Below the pieces are notes generated by a model. It searched no databases, was not told the origin of the DNA, and saw nothing but the letters and a program-made list of their open reading frames with translations. From Candidatus Babeliales bacterium (lineage in GTDB: Bacteria > Babelota > Babeliae > Babelales > JANWKD01): DNA of 64,000 nucleotides. A program made the position numbers and the translations under genes. Below are positions 20,872-31,230 of this stretch, piece by piece. The DNA lies in NCBI GenBank assembly GCA_963762115.1, contig CAVXJH010000006.1, forward strand, positions 32,001 to 96,000. Reading direction: 5' to 3'. How positions within the stretch are numbered: position 1 is the stretch's first letter; each line of letters starts with the position of its first letter.

Positions 20872-21273
20872 ATGAAAATGATTAAAAAATTAACCCACCT
20901 CACGTTATTTGTGCACAACCAAGAGGATTCCCTCAATTTTTATACCCATAAGCTTGGTTTTAAGGTACATACTGATATGATCGATAACAATGGCGCCCGT
21001 TGGCTCACCGTTTGCCTCCCTGAAAACCCTGATTTTGAACTTATATTAATGCCTGCCATAAATGAATTTGAGACCTCATTAGTTGGCCAACAGGGAAATA
21101 CTATGCCTTTGGCTTGTTTTTCAACCGATAATTGCCAAAAAACCTATGAAGAACTAAAGGCTAAGGGAGTTGAATTCACTCAAAACCCCCTTAAACAGCC
21201 TTGGAGAATTAATGCCATCTTTAAAGATCTTTATGGTACCCTTTTTAACCTGGTCGAACCACTAAAAGAATAG
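20872..21273 (+). CDS. VOC/glyoxalase family protein
   Basis: FYTHKLGF, RWLTV, TYEELKAKGVEF, FKDLYG. Confidence 0.9.
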   Translation: MKMIKKLTHLTLFVHNQEDSLNFYTHKLGFKVHTDMIDNNGARWLTVCLPENPDFELILMPAINEFETSLVGQQGNTMPLACFSTDNCQKTYEELKAKGVEFTQNPLKQPWRINAIFKDLYGTLFNLVEPLKE

Positions 21274-21377
21274 AATTTTATCAATTTTTCTTTTAATATA
21301 TTTCTAATTGACATTTATATAGAATGCTATAAACTGATAGTAACAGTAATTTTTAACCTATTCTTAAAGGAGAATAT

Positions 21378-22463
21378 ATGTCAAAATTCAATAAAATAGC
21401 CTTATTATTGGTGGCAACAGCAACTTTCGCTGTTAATGCCATGGAAAAAAAAGCAACTTCATTAGTTAGCCTAACCCATGAAGACCGCGTAAGCAGAATT
21501 ACCCCTCAAACCATTATTGGTATGTTGGCACCGTTATCATCTGAACAAGATAGAATTGTTCGTTCTTGGACTCATGAAAACGCTTGGATCCTCGCTCAAT
21601 TAGTGGAGATATCATCATTTAATGATTTCCCAGCAATATATAAAGCAAATACTGAACAATTAGAAGCAATTGGTGTTAAAAATCTTGGAACATCAAATTA
21701 TGATTTTCAAATTCCTGGATCAGCAGTAATTGCTAAAGTATCTGGTATGGCAACACGCAGACAAAACATTATTGCAGGACAAGATCAAATGACAGAAAGC
21801 AATAATTTGATCAATGCTTATTCTACATCTCTTGAAGGCGCTGCAAGAGAAGCAGCCTTTGAAAATATTAAAAGATTCAGAACACAACGTTTTGCAGAAT
21901 ATCAACGAAACCCTGTTAAAACATATCAAGGAATTTCGCGAGCAGCTTATTATATTTTATTAAAAGAAACTCAAGAACAAGAAAATCTTAATGATATCTA
22001 TGTTCCTCAAACAAATATTGTTGCCTTTACTGGCAAAGAAGATGAATCACATGTTTCTGATGAATCTCACTTTGTTGTTGAAGAATATCTTGAAGATTTA
22101 CAAAAAATGACTCCTGAAGTTTTACGTGATTTATCACCTAAAACTATCGTACAAATTTTGAAGGCTATAAACGGGGCATCTTTATGGTCAATTGGTGGCA
22201 ATCTTGGTGTAAGAGCTGATGAAAAAACAGTCGTCTTACATGATCTTGAACAACCTGATTGCATGAGTCCTCAAAATTTTGTATTAAAAAATAAAGAACG
22301 TGCTCAAATTGATGCTGCAATTGGTATACGTGAAGTATTAGACTTAATACATAATAATGAAAACCAACTAGATGCAGCAAGGGAATTCATAACTAATGAT
22401 GAAGAAATTATTCTATATTCTTGGTATGAAAACCACATACTGCCTGGTTTAAAATTGCAATAA
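21378..22463 (+). CDS. Secreted hypothetical protein, possible kinase-like fold
   Basis: TTGACA promoter, RBS AAGGAG, signal ending VNA-ME; VVEEYL and DLE motifs. Confidence 0.7.
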   Translation: MSKFNKIALLLVATATFAVNAMEKKATSLVSLTHEDRVSRITPQTIIGMLAPLSSEQDRIVRSWTHENAWILAQLVEISSFNDFPAIYKANTEQLEAIGVKNLGTSNYDFQIPGSAVIAKVSGMATRRQNIIAGQDQMTESNNLINAYSTSLEGAAREAAFENIKRFRTQRFAEYQRNPVKTYQGISRAAYYILLKETQEQENLNDIYVPQTNIVAFTGKEDESHVSDESHFVVEEYLEDLQKMTPEVLRDLSPKTIVQILKAINGASLWSIGGNLGVRADEKTVVLHDLEQPDCMSPQNFVLKNKERAQIDAAIGIREVLDLIHNNENQLDAAREFITNDEEIILYSWYENHILPGLKLQ

Positions 22464-22488
22464 CAATTTTTACTACATAAAAAAACTA

Positions 22489-22522
22489 GAGAGCGGAGAT
22501 GCAAAAATCTCCGCTCTTTTTT
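22489..22522 (+). terminator. Rho-independent terminator
   Basis: AGAGCGGAGAT-GCAAAA-ATCTCCGCTCT followed by T tract. Confidence 0.75.
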
Positions 22523-22617
22523 TGTATTTAAATACAAAACTATTGCTTTTATAATCAACCCTTTTGTAGAATCTCCTTAAGGAGAATACGATTTTCAATT
22601 AAAGGGAGGAAATCACC

Positions 22618-23091
22618 ATGAAATGGTTATTATTTTTTAGTATAGTATTTATTGGCATCACTGCTAACGCAATGGAAAAAAAAGCTCTTCTTGGCAAAAA
22701 TAAAAAAGACAATAAACAACTTGCTATAATCAAAGAACGCACTGCCTATGCAAACGAATTTATTGGCAATATTGATAAAGTCTTGCAGAAGAATGGTTTT
22801 ACTGAAAAAAATCAAAAAGCAATCTTAAAACAAATTAGCGCCGACCTCAAAGCAACTGATGTTTCCTCTGAGAAAGGCCTTGAAGGTTTTTTTGAATACG
22901 CTCAATATGCAACAGTGGTCTTAAAAAAACTTGACGCTGAAACAGATACTTATTTTGAACAAGTTTTTTGTTTAGGCCAACTATGTGTAATGACAGCTCA
23001 ATGCAATACCAAAAAAGCAGACAAACTAATGAAGCAGCAATTTGCATTAGAACAACAAAAGTTGCAAAAACTTGAAGATTCAGTTGAATAA
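22618..23091 (+). CDS. Secreted hypothetical protein
   Basis: RBS GGAGG, signal ending ANA-ME. Confidence 0.7.
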   Translation: MKWLLFFSIVFIGITANAMEKKALLGKNKKDNKQLAIIKERTAYANEFIGNIDKVLQKNGFTEKNQKAILKQISADLKATDVSSEKGLEGFFEYAQYATVVLKKLDAETDTYFEQVFCLGQLCVMTAQCNTKKADKLMKQQFALEQQKLQKLEDSVE

Positions 23092-23098
23092 ATAGTAT

Positions 23099-23722
23099 TT
23101 ACACATGCAACAAAACAGCACGAGCAGGAGCAGCATCAATGCCAACCAACAATAACGGCAAGCAGATCAAAATATAACTTCCCGCTTGCACATGTTCAAG
23201 ACGCAATCCCTCAATAAGAGAAATACTATTCCCCAGAAGAATTTTGTGTGTTTCATGATCTGGTTGATTGCGCTCGATACCCAAATAATCAATACCGACT
23301 GTTTTTATGCCACATGCAACAAGATGTTCAGCACCCGTTTTATCAAGATACACAAAATCATGCTTAAACGGTGCATCGACAGATAATGCACTATTTTTCG
23401 TTTTAAACAGAATAATTTCTTCTGCATTAAATTCATATGATGCCAAATCTTGCGCACTAATGCTTGACTCAATAAAAGTAACATCAAGAACTCTACAAGG
23501 CCCCATAAAATGCGCTAAGGGAATTTCATCAATACTGCTGCCATTTTTAATGAAATGTAATGGCGCATCAATATGCGTTCCGGTATGCGAGTGCAATGAG
23601 ATCATATGCTCAACAGCATCGCTTGAAGGCTTTGATAAAGCATGTATAGCAACATGTTTGGCATCTTTATACTGCGTCATTATTGCGCTAATTGGCCAAC
23701 TAATATCAATTATGTGCATCAT
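23099..23722 (-). CDS. Cyclase-family metal hydrolase (kynurenine formamidase-like)
   Basis: HTGTHIDAPLHF, VGIDYL, IEGL, DAAPARA. Confidence 0.9.
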   Translation of the reverse strand: MMHIIDISWPISAIMTQYKDAKHVAIHALSKPSSDAVEHMISLHSHTGTHIDAPLHFIKNGSSIDEIPLAHFMGPCRVLDVTFIESSISAQDLASYEFNAEEIILFKTKNSALSVDAPFKHDFVYLDKTGAEHLVACGIKTVGIDYLGIERNQPDHETHKILLGNSISLIEGLRLEHVQAGSYILICLPLLLVGIDAAPARAVLLHV

Positions 23723-24624
23723 TATTCTTTCAAACTTTTTTTAATGCTATGACCACCAAACTGATTGCGCAAGAGAGCAACAATCTTTGTTGCATAATTA
23801 CCACCAGATTTTTGTGACCAATCGCGAATTTTAACGGCATCTTCAATCATGGGAACAGGAACATTTTTTTCATGTGCTTCTTGCACAGTCCAACGCCCTG
23901 TACCATTATCAGCAACTTCTCCAGAAATACTTTTAAATTCCTGATCATGTTCAAACACCGTTTGCGTTAATTCTAAAATCCATGATCGAATTACAGAACC
24001 GTGATTCCAAACGCGCGTAATAGCAGCAAGATCAAAATGTTGATATGAACCATTTTTTAATACTGATAACCCTTCAGCATATGATTCAAGTAATGCATAC
24101 TCAATACCATTATGCACCATTTTTACATAATGCCCTGCCCCAGCAGGACCTAAATAAGCATAACCATCAGGCGCTGCCAAAACTTTGAAAATATCCTCAA
24201 TCTGTAAAAAGGCATGATGATCACCACCAATCATCAAAGAAAAACCTCGTTCTTTTCCGTGAATGCCGCCTGAAGTTCCACAGTCCAAAAATGCTATCTG
24301 CAAGAGAGAAAGTTCTTTTGCACGACGCACTGAATCGGTAAAATGACTATTGCCACCATCAACGATAATCGAACCCGCTTTTAAATAAGAACGAAATTGT
24401 TCTAATACCGTATCAAGCAAAGGCCCTGCAGGAAGCATGCACCAGATGATATGTGTTTGTTGTGCAATAAGATCAATGCGATCGACAAGCTCACCGCCGA
24501 GCGCTAACAAATGTTGCCGTGCTTGGTGATTAGGATCAAAACCAAGAACACGATACCCGGCCTTAATTAAGCGGAACGCAACAGCATTGCCCATCTTGCC
24601 AAGACCAACAACCCCAATTTTCAT
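23722..24624 (-). CDS. gnd: Decarboxylating 6-phosphogluconate dehydrogenase (short form)
   Basis: GLGKMG, DGGNS, GTSGG, GHYVKMVHNGIEY, RNQFGGH. Confidence 0.95.
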   Translation of the reverse strand: MKIGVVGLGKMGNAVAFRLIKAGYRVLGFDPNHQARQHLLALGGELVDRIDLIAQQTHIIWCMLPAGPLLDTVLEQFRSYLKAGSIIVDGGNSHFTDSVRRAKELSLLQIAFLDCGTSGGIHGKERGFSLMIGGDHHAFLQIEDIFKVLAAPDGYAYLGPAGAGHYVKMVHNGIEYALLESYAEGLSVLKNGSYQHFDLAAITRVWNHGSVIRSWILELTQTVFEHDQEFKSISGEVADNGTGRWTVQEAHEKNVPVPMIEDAVKIRDWSQKSGGNYATKIVALLRNQFGGHSIKKSLKE

Positions 24625-26030
24625 GATTGCCACCTCATACCATTTTTGTGCGCAAAATCTTTTAACTCTTCAGGACCATTCGTACCTTTTTCATACTGAT
24701 AAAGCGGTAAATGTAAGGCTTTGATTTTTTCAATAACATCCCATGCATATTCAATTTCATCAAAACGCACTGAAATTGATTGTTCTCCCGCCATAACTTC
24801 TTGCAACACCAATTCATAGGTATTACCTTTTACAGAACCAAATCGACATTCATAACAAAAGTCCATCGATACCGGCATAACTTCAACCAGCATGCCCGGT
24901 TTTTTTACATTAAGTTCCAATGAAAATCCCGGCTCTGGTAAAACACGAATGGTCAACTTATTTGCTTCACTGGGACAGCTTGAAGAGAGCAAGCATACAA
25001 CGGGTTTAAATTGAATCGTTATAACCGTTTCTTTTTTAGTCAAACACTTTCCGGTGGAAACATAAAAAGGCACATTCTCCCAACGTGGCGTATCAATCAG
25101 CAACTTCACTGCAGCAAAAGTTTCAGTCGTGGAATTTGGCTTGATACCTTTATCATGGTGATAGCCTTCATATTGCGCCAATATACCGTCAACAGGACGA
25201 ATTTTTTGCAAAATGCACGTTGTTTGATCACGAATAGAATCACCGCTCAGCGAACACGGTGCTTCCATTGCCAATAATGCTACAATTTGCATCAAATGAT
25301 TTTGGACAACATCTTTCAAAGCACCATATTTATCATAATAAGCACCACGACCATCAACGCAAACTGTTTCACGCAAAGCAATTTCAACCCATTCAATATT
25401 TTCACTATTCCATAAAGGCTCAAAAACACGATTGGTAAATCTAACCAAGGCAAGTGTGCCCACAATATCTTTTGCCAAATAGTGATCAACACGAAAAATT
25501 TGTGATTCATCAAGATAGTTTGAAATCAACACATTCATCTCATGTGCTGATGCACGATCTTGACCAAATGGTTTTTCGTATACAACGCGACACCAAGGAT
25601 TTTGTGCGTCATTTTTATCAATCCGTTTGATAATGCCATTATTGGCAAATGCTTGCGTAACGGGAACAAAAAATTGTGGGGGAATTGCCATATATATAAT
25701 TCGATTGCCCACTTGATTAAACTTTTTTTGTTCAAGATCAGTTATTAATGCAGCAAGTTCTTCAACATTTTTTTGCACAGAAAAATCTGTTTTTTTATAC
25801 CAAAAATGATCAATAAACTTCTGCCATGTTTGTTCATCAAATTCTTCGACAAACTCTCGAGCGCCAGCAAGAATTTCTGATGGTTCTTTTGTTTCAAGCG
25901 CTACGCCCATAATGAACCATTGCTGCGGCATTTTGCCATGTTTCAATAATGAATATAAAGCAGGTAATAAGCGACGTCTTGCTAAATCTCCTGTTGCTCC
26001 CACTACTACAAACGTTATACATTCAGTCAT
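24621..26030 (-). CDS. zwf: Glucose-6-phosphate 1-dehydrogenase
   Basis: GATGDLA, EKPFG, RVDHYLAK, DVVQNH. Confidence 0.95.
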   Translation of the reverse strand: MTECITFVVVGATGDLARRRLLPALYSLLKHGKMPQQWFIMGVALETKEPSEILAGAREFVEEFDEQTWQKFIDHFWYKKTDFSVQKNVEELAALITDLEQKKFNQVGNRIIYMAIPPQFFVPVTQAFANNGIIKRIDKNDAQNPWCRVVYEKPFGQDRASAHEMNVLISNYLDESQIFRVDHYLAKDIVGTLALVRFTNRVFEPLWNSENIEWVEIALRETVCVDGRGAYYDKYGALKDVVQNHLMQIVALLAMEAPCSLSGDSIRDQTTCILQKIRPVDGILAQYEGYHHDKGIKPNSTTETFAAVKLLIDTPRWENVPFYVSTGKCLTKKETVITIQFKPVVCLLSSSCPSEANKLTIRVLPEPGFSLELNVKKPGMLVEVMPVSMDFCYECRFGSVKGNTYELVLQEVMAGEQSISVRFDEIEYAWDVIEKIKALHLPLYQYEKGTNGPEELKDFAHKNGMRWQS

Positions 26031-27349
26031 TGTGCTAATAATTTCCTTGTCTCTGTTTTATATGATTCAACATTTGGCTGATCAAATGGATTTACTTCTA
26101 ATAAATAACCAAGATACATCATTTCAATCATTTTGAATTGTAACAATTCCCCAATATGCCATGCTGAAATTTCTGGAAGCATAAGCGAAATAAAGGGCCT
26201 TTGTTGTTTTGTGTAAGCAGTTTTCACTCCTTGAACAATTGCTTCCAGTATGGAAGATACCGACTTGCCTTGAATGTTTGCAACAGATTGTTCAAATTCT
26301 GCCAAATGCGGAATAATGAGTTCATGTTTATTTTTTTCAATAGTAATAAAAGTGCTGCATTTGTCACGAGGACCACCTAAATAAAGTTGTCCAACAGAAT
26401 GCAAATCAACACTACCAACTGAAACTGTCGGCGTAATGCCGCGCTCAACAATGTTTCCTTGGCGATCACGCTCTTTACCAATGCTTTCTCCCATAAGCTG
26501 TCGATACCAAGCGCCAACACTGCGCAATTGATGCGAAAAAACAAACATGTCTTGTATCACAATTCCCTTGCAATACTGTGCATAAAGCGTTGCAGCACTG
26601 TGCGCAACAACATTATATTCGATAGTAGTATCGGTTGCTAATGAAAGCATTGATGCAGCACCTGCCAAAAGATCATAAATCGGCATGTGCAACATTCCTA
26701 AAGGGAAAAGACCAACAGCCGACAACACAGAAAAGCGTCCACCAACAGCCACGGGTATTGCAAGAAGACTATAGTTATTTTTCTGTGCAATATGCCAGAG
26801 CACTGAGTTTTCATCAGTTGTCACGACAACATACTGATTATACGTATCAGGATAATACTGTTGCAACAACGTAATAAAAAGTTCAAAATTCACTATTGTT
26901 TCTGTGGTTGTTCCTGATTTGGTGATACCATTAATGAGAATACGATTCCCTTTTTGCAATTCACTTTGCGCAATAGCGAGTAATGTATTTATATACTCTG
27001 AATCAACAGTATCAGCATAATATACTTTCAAGAGTGGATTTGTTTCGTTATATAAAATGCCACCAAGCGCTTCTTGCACTGCTTGAATTCCTAAATTTGA
27101 ACCACCAATACCAATAACAATCAAGATGCTTGCTAGTAGTTGTTTTTTTTCATCAATCATTGCTTGCACCGTTGCATGATACTGAACATCAGTTGGTAAA
27201 TGTAATGATGCATATACAGAATCATACCCTGCAGAACAACCAATTTTCGCGCGTTCAATTTCTGGTTCTAATTTTTTCAACAATGGTAACAGTTCTCCTT
27301 GAGAGCATAAACTATTGCTGAAATCAACCGTAAGAGTCTTCATTTTCAC
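26027..27349 (-). CDS. pgi: Glucose-6-phosphate isomerase
   Basis: GIGGS, KSGTTTET, GGRFSV, QLMGESIGK, DLHSVGQ, NPFDQPNVE. Confidence 0.95.
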   Translation of the reverse strand: MKMKTLTVDFSNSLCSQGELLPLLKKLEPEIERAKIGCSAGYDSVYASLHLPTDVQYHATVQAMIDEKKQLLASILIVIGIGGSNLGIQAVQEALGGILYNETNPLLKVYYADTVDSEYINTLLAIAQSELQKGNRILINGITKSGTTTETIVNFELFITLLQQYYPDTYNQYVVVTTDENSVLWHIAQKNNYSLLAIPVAVGGRFSVLSAVGLFPLGMLHMPIYDLLAGAASMLSLATDTTIEYNVVAHSAATLYAQYCKGIVIQDMFVFSHQLRSVGAWYRQLMGESIGKERDRQGNIVERGITPTVSVGSVDLHSVGQLYLGGPRDKCSTFITIEKNKHELIIPHLAEFEQSVANIQGKSVSSILEAIVQGVKTAYTKQQRPFISLMLPEISAWHIGELLQFKMIEMMYLGYLLEVNPFDQPNVESYKTETRKLLAQ

Positions 27350-27475
27350 ACAATCCTTTTGAAAAAAATGTTAGTGTTGCTGAAATTTTAGTCATAGTTT
27401 ACTATAAAATGACATCTCGTATATAACACGATTTAGACATGGCAAACAATTTTTAAAATAACTAAAATAAACAAG

Positions 27476-27508
27476 ATGTCATTGCGAGCGTAGCGTGGCA
27501 ACCCAGAT
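27476..27508 (+). repeat. Single arm of the palindromic repeat family
   Basis: ATGTCATTGCGAGCGTAGCGTGGCAACCCAGAT. Confidence 0.75.
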
Positions 27509-27546
27509 AATAAAATTAGTTCTTTTATAATATCAAAGGTTTTTGC

Positions 27547-27987
27547 GTGAAAGATTTTGAATTACTTCCTCACACCGCAGATTTAAAAATAAGAGCATTT
27601 GGTACTACGCTCAATGAACTTTTTAAACATGCATTAATTGGTATGTTTCAGAGCATTCATCCCAAAACATCTTCATGCACCTATCTCCATGATCGCTTAG
27701 TATGCCAAAACTTGCCAAAACAACACAGCATAACCTTGCATAATGATGATCTTACCCTTTTACTAGTCGATTTTTTATCAGAAGCTCTCTATCTTTCTGA
27801 CATTCATAATGAAGCATATCTCAATGCATCAGTTACCATTCATGAGAACTACACGTTGCATGCAAGTATCTATGGCATTCCCATTGATGGGTTTGAGGTC
27901 GTTGAAATTAAAGCAGTCACCTACCATGATCTACGCATTGAATGTATTAAGGGGGTTTGGCAAGCAGATATTGTTTTTGATATTTAA
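27547..27987 (+). CDS. Archease
   Basis: HTAD, EIKAVTYH, terminal FDI; directly upstream of rtcB. Confidence 0.92.
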   Translation: MKDFELLPHTADLKIRAFGTTLNELFKHALIGMFQSIHPKTSSCTYLHDRLVCQNLPKQHSITLHNDDLTLLLVDFLSEALYLSDIHNEAYLNASVTIHENYTLHASIYGIPIDGFEVVEIKAVTYHDLRIECIKGVWQADIVFDI

Positions 27988-27999
27988 AAAGGAAACTAC

Positions 28000-29454
28000 A
28001 TGAACGAAAAACCCACTCGTGATGATCTGATCAAAATTGATGAATCAATCTACGAAATTCAAAAAACATTTCGTCCTGATATGCGTGTCCCTGCACGTAT
28101 TTTTGCCAGTGAAAAAATCTTACAAGAAATCTTTGAAGATCGCTCTTTAACACAATTGATTAATGTGACAACACTGCCAGGTATTGTTGATCATGCTTAC
28201 GCCATGCCTGATATGCACGAAGGATACGGCTTTCCCATCGGCGGTGTCGCGGCAACACAAATTAACAATGGTGGTGTTATCTCACCTGGTGGCATTGGGT
28301 ATGATATCAATTGCGGTGTGCGTTTACTTGCTGGTGCAATCACCGTTGACGAAATAAAACCATTCCTCGATGAATTAGCAACAGCACTCTATCACGTGGT
28401 TCCTTCAGGCGTTGGGCGCGGCGGCAGTTTAAAATTAACCATAAAAGAGTTGGATGCAATTTTAAAACATGGCGGAAAAAAATTACTCGAACAAGGATTT
28501 GGCACAGAACGAGATCTTGTTTTTTGTGAAGAACAAGGGGTTATGCATGGCGCTGATCCATCACTTGTGTCAGATCGTGCAAAGCAACGTGGCCACGATC
28601 AATTAGGTACCTTAGGCTCAGGCAATCATTTTCTTGAAGTTCAATATATTGATACCATTTTTGATCAACAGGCAGCCGATGCTTTCGGATTACAAAAAGG
28701 TATGGTCACCATTATGATTCATTGCGGATCACGAGGATTAGGCCATCAAGTTTGCACTGATTATGTGCGCGAAATGATGCCCCTACTGAAAAGATGGGAT
28801 ATTGTGTTACCCGACCGAGAACTTGTTTGCGCACCTTTTACTTCGCAACAAGGACAAGATTATTTTGCTGCCATGCAGGCTGCTGCAAATTTTGGTTGGG
28901 CAAATCGTTTGATGATTGCGCATAAGGTAAGAACTGCTTGGCAAAAAATACTGGGTACTACCGTTGCATTGGAAACAGTATATGATCTCTCTCATAATAT
29001 TGGTAAACAAGAACAGCATTTCATTAATCAAAAAGAAATTAATGTTATGGTACATCGCAAAGGGGCAACGCGCGCATTTGGCCCTGGACGCACTGAAATT
29101 CCTGGCTTATATCGGCACATTGGCCAACCAGTATTAATTCCCGGCACCATGGGCACCGCTTCCTATATTTTAGTGGGCACCAATCAAGGCATGGAGCTCT
29201 CATTTGGCAGTTCATGTCATGGTGCAGGCAGACGTTTATCACGCATGAAAGCAAAGAAAGAAGTTCGTGGGTCAACGTTACGGCAAGAACTTGAAAAAAA
29301 AGGTATTATCATTCGTTGTGAGTCAGATGCCGGATTAGCCGAAGAGGCACCGATCGCTTACAAAGATGTTGAAGAAGTAGTAAATACGATTGCACAAACC
29401 AAATTAGCAAAAAAAGTTGCACGAGCAGTTCCCTTAGCAGTTATTAAAGGTTAA
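28000..29454 (+). CDS. rtcB: RNA-splicing/repair ligase RtcB
   Basis: MPDMHEGYGFPIGG, GYDINCG, GSGNHF, HRKGAT, SCHGAGR, EEAP..YK. Confidence 0.97.
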   Translation: MNEKPTRDDLIKIDESIYEIQKTFRPDMRVPARIFASEKILQEIFEDRSLTQLINVTTLPGIVDHAYAMPDMHEGYGFPIGGVAATQINNGGVISPGGIGYDINCGVRLLAGAITVDEIKPFLDELATALYHVVPSGVGRGGSLKLTIKELDAILKHGGKKLLEQGFGTERDLVFCEEQGVMHGADPSLVSDRAKQRGHDQLGTLGSGNHFLEVQYIDTIFDQQAADAFGLQKGMVTIMIHCGSRGLGHQVCTDYVREMMPLLKRWDIVLPDRELVCAPFTSQQGQDYFAAMQAAANFGWANRLMIAHKVRTAWQKILGTTVALETVYDLSHNIGKQEQHFINQKEINVMVHRKGATRAFGPGRTEIPGLYRHIGQPVLIPGTMGTASYILVGTNQGMELSFGSSCHGAGRRLSRMKAKKEVRGSTLRQELEKKGIIIRCESDAGLAEEAPIAYKDVEEVVNTIAQTKLAKKVARAVPLAVIKG

Positions 29455-29529
29455 TGGTGCTTGCATTTGTTGTTTGATTATCTTAGAATCAACGTGCAAG
29501 TTTAACCCAAATTATAAAAGGATATATGT

Positions 29530-30285
29530 ATGAATTTTTTCAAAAAATATGTACTAACTCTTATCATGATGTGCTCGGGAGCATTGCTCTATGGCAATGT
29601 TGATTCAATGTTAATGCAACAGGAGCTTCCCTCTGATCCCCATGATGAACTTGGTTTTTTGGTCAGATTTAGTGTTGACGAAGAAGAACAAAGCACCCAA
29701 GAACAAAATAATAGTGCTCAAGGCGAAGAACTTACTGATGTAACCATGTTTGATATCTTACGATTCGCATTAACAGGCTGTGCGCATTTATATCTTTCTT
29801 TAAATGATGATGAAAAAGATGATGTCATAAAAATGGCGACCGAACTCTTATCATTGCGCACTATGGTTGAAGAATACTGTGACACTTGTTTGAAATATAA
29901 CGATCTCATGCTCAAGTATAAAGAATATAAAAATGTTGATACCATGAGCATGCATGCTGCAATTGGTTGCAAAAGTTGTGATGATACAGGTTGTGAATAT
30001 GTTGCCAATGAAATGCCATTCTCAATGAAAACATTCCTACAAGATGCAAGCATTCAAGAATTTTATTTGGGACTCTCCCACCATGAACAAAAACAATACA
30101 AAAGAATTGTAAGAGGCATGGAAGATTTTTGTCATGATGTAATCAAAACGGTTGGTATTATTACCGATCATTACCCATCACTCAAAAGTAACATGAAAAA
30201 ATTTCTTGATGATGCAGGACTCACGATGATGCTTAATGTACGATTTGATCATCCATTTCCTTCAGTTGCCTATCAAGTACTCTAA
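29530..30285 (+). CDS. Secreted hypothetical protein
   Basis: Long ORF with RBS and signal peptide. Confidence 0.65.
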   Translation: MNFFKKYVLTLIMMCSGALLYGNVDSMLMQQELPSDPHDELGFLVRFSVDEEEQSTQEQNNSAQGEELTDVTMFDILRFALTGCAHLYLSLNDDEKDDVIKMATELLSLRTMVEEYCDTCLKYNDLMLKYKEYKNVDTMSMHAAIGCKSCDDTGCEYVANEMPFSMKTFLQDASIQEFYLGLSHHEQKQYKRIVRGMEDFCHDVIKTVGIITDHYPSLKSNMKKFLDDAGLTMMLNVRFDHPFPSVAYQVL

Positions 30286-30319
30286 AAAAATAGTAACTAT
30301 TAATAAAGATGGCACGACG

Positions 30320-30592
30320 TTATTTTAATGTCGTGTCATCTTTATATAAACCATCTCGCATTCTTTTACGTGGTCTATTTTCTGTTTTAAGAAGTTGTAA
30401 CCCCATAAATTCAAATTCAGTTTTTCGCCTTCTTATAAACGCAGCTTCTGCTTTAGGACTATAATAATCTCTGCCAGCATCACCATACATGCTGGAATAT
30501 TCTTCATCTGAATCAAAGTTCTCTCTATCCATGATCCCCATGCCATGCAAAGAAAATGTTGCCATCATGATGACAAAAATACATTTTTTCAT
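30320..30592 (-). CDS. Small secreted hypothetical protein
   Basis: Signal ending LHG-MG; 3' end overlaps hairpin 30304-30344. Confidence 0.5.
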   Translation of the reverse strand: MKKCIFVIMMATFSLHGMGIMDRENFDSDEEYSSMYGDAGRDYYSPKAEAAFIRRRKTEFEFMGLQLLKTENRPRKRMRDGLYKDDTTLK

Positions 30593-30679
30593 ATTTTATA
30601 GTCTTTCAAGAGTATATTTTGTTATTCTAGTATCTGATACCATACTATGACATCCAAAGACATTGAAGCAAATAAAAAA

Positions 30680-30943
30680 ATGAAATATACCATCATATTT
30701 TTTTGTAGCAACATACTTTATCTTTCAATTTCATTAGCAGAACCATGCTCAATACTCAAAGATAAAGTTCATGTATTAAATGAACTACTTGATACAAAAC
30801 CCCTCTCACCATTTACTTACGAAATCTTACTAGAGCTTATGAACTATGAAACACAACTTGAAGAATGCGAAGAAAAAGAAAAGCGCGCCTTGTTATTACA
30901 ACAAGCGCACCAAAAATCAAAAAAACGATCTACCAGTTTTTAG
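30680..30943 (+). CDS. Small secreted hypothetical protein
   Basis: Signal-like N-terminus MKYTIIFF..SLA. Confidence 0.45.
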   Translation: MKYTIIFFCSNILYLSISLAEPCSILKDKVHVLNELLDTKPLSPFTYEILLELMNYETQLEECEEKEKRALLLQQAHQKSKKRSTSF

Positions 30944-31017
30944 AAAATATACATTAACGTGAATTCGATACGTTAAAACATAAATTTAGCATAAAAAAAT
31001 GACATTGAAATCGACAT

Positions 31018-31149
31018 TGTCATTGCGAGCCAACATTGTTGGCGTGGCAACCCAGCATATAAAATTCTTTTTATTTTTGCTAATTAATTTGAATTTACTA
31101 ATTCAATAAATCTTAATTTTAGGGATTTCATTAATTAGAACATTATAAT
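31018..31149 (-). mobile_element. Truncated copy of the palindromic MITE, reverse orientation
   Basis: One arm GTCATTGCGAGCCAACATTGTTGGCGTGGCAACCCAG plus a spacer resembling the reverse complement of the 58052-58229 spacer; second arm missing. Confidence 0.7.
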
Positions 31150-31230
31150 ATTGTATTTTATTGTCTTTATTATAAAAATTCGATATATAAACTTAGATTG
31201 CCAATTATCGCATTGCACAAAAAAGAAAAA

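Noticed and set aside
23307..23744. Short overlapping or antisense ORFs here and throughout the ORF track
   Set aside because: They overlap well-supported genes on the other strand or frame and lack recognisable motifs or RBS.
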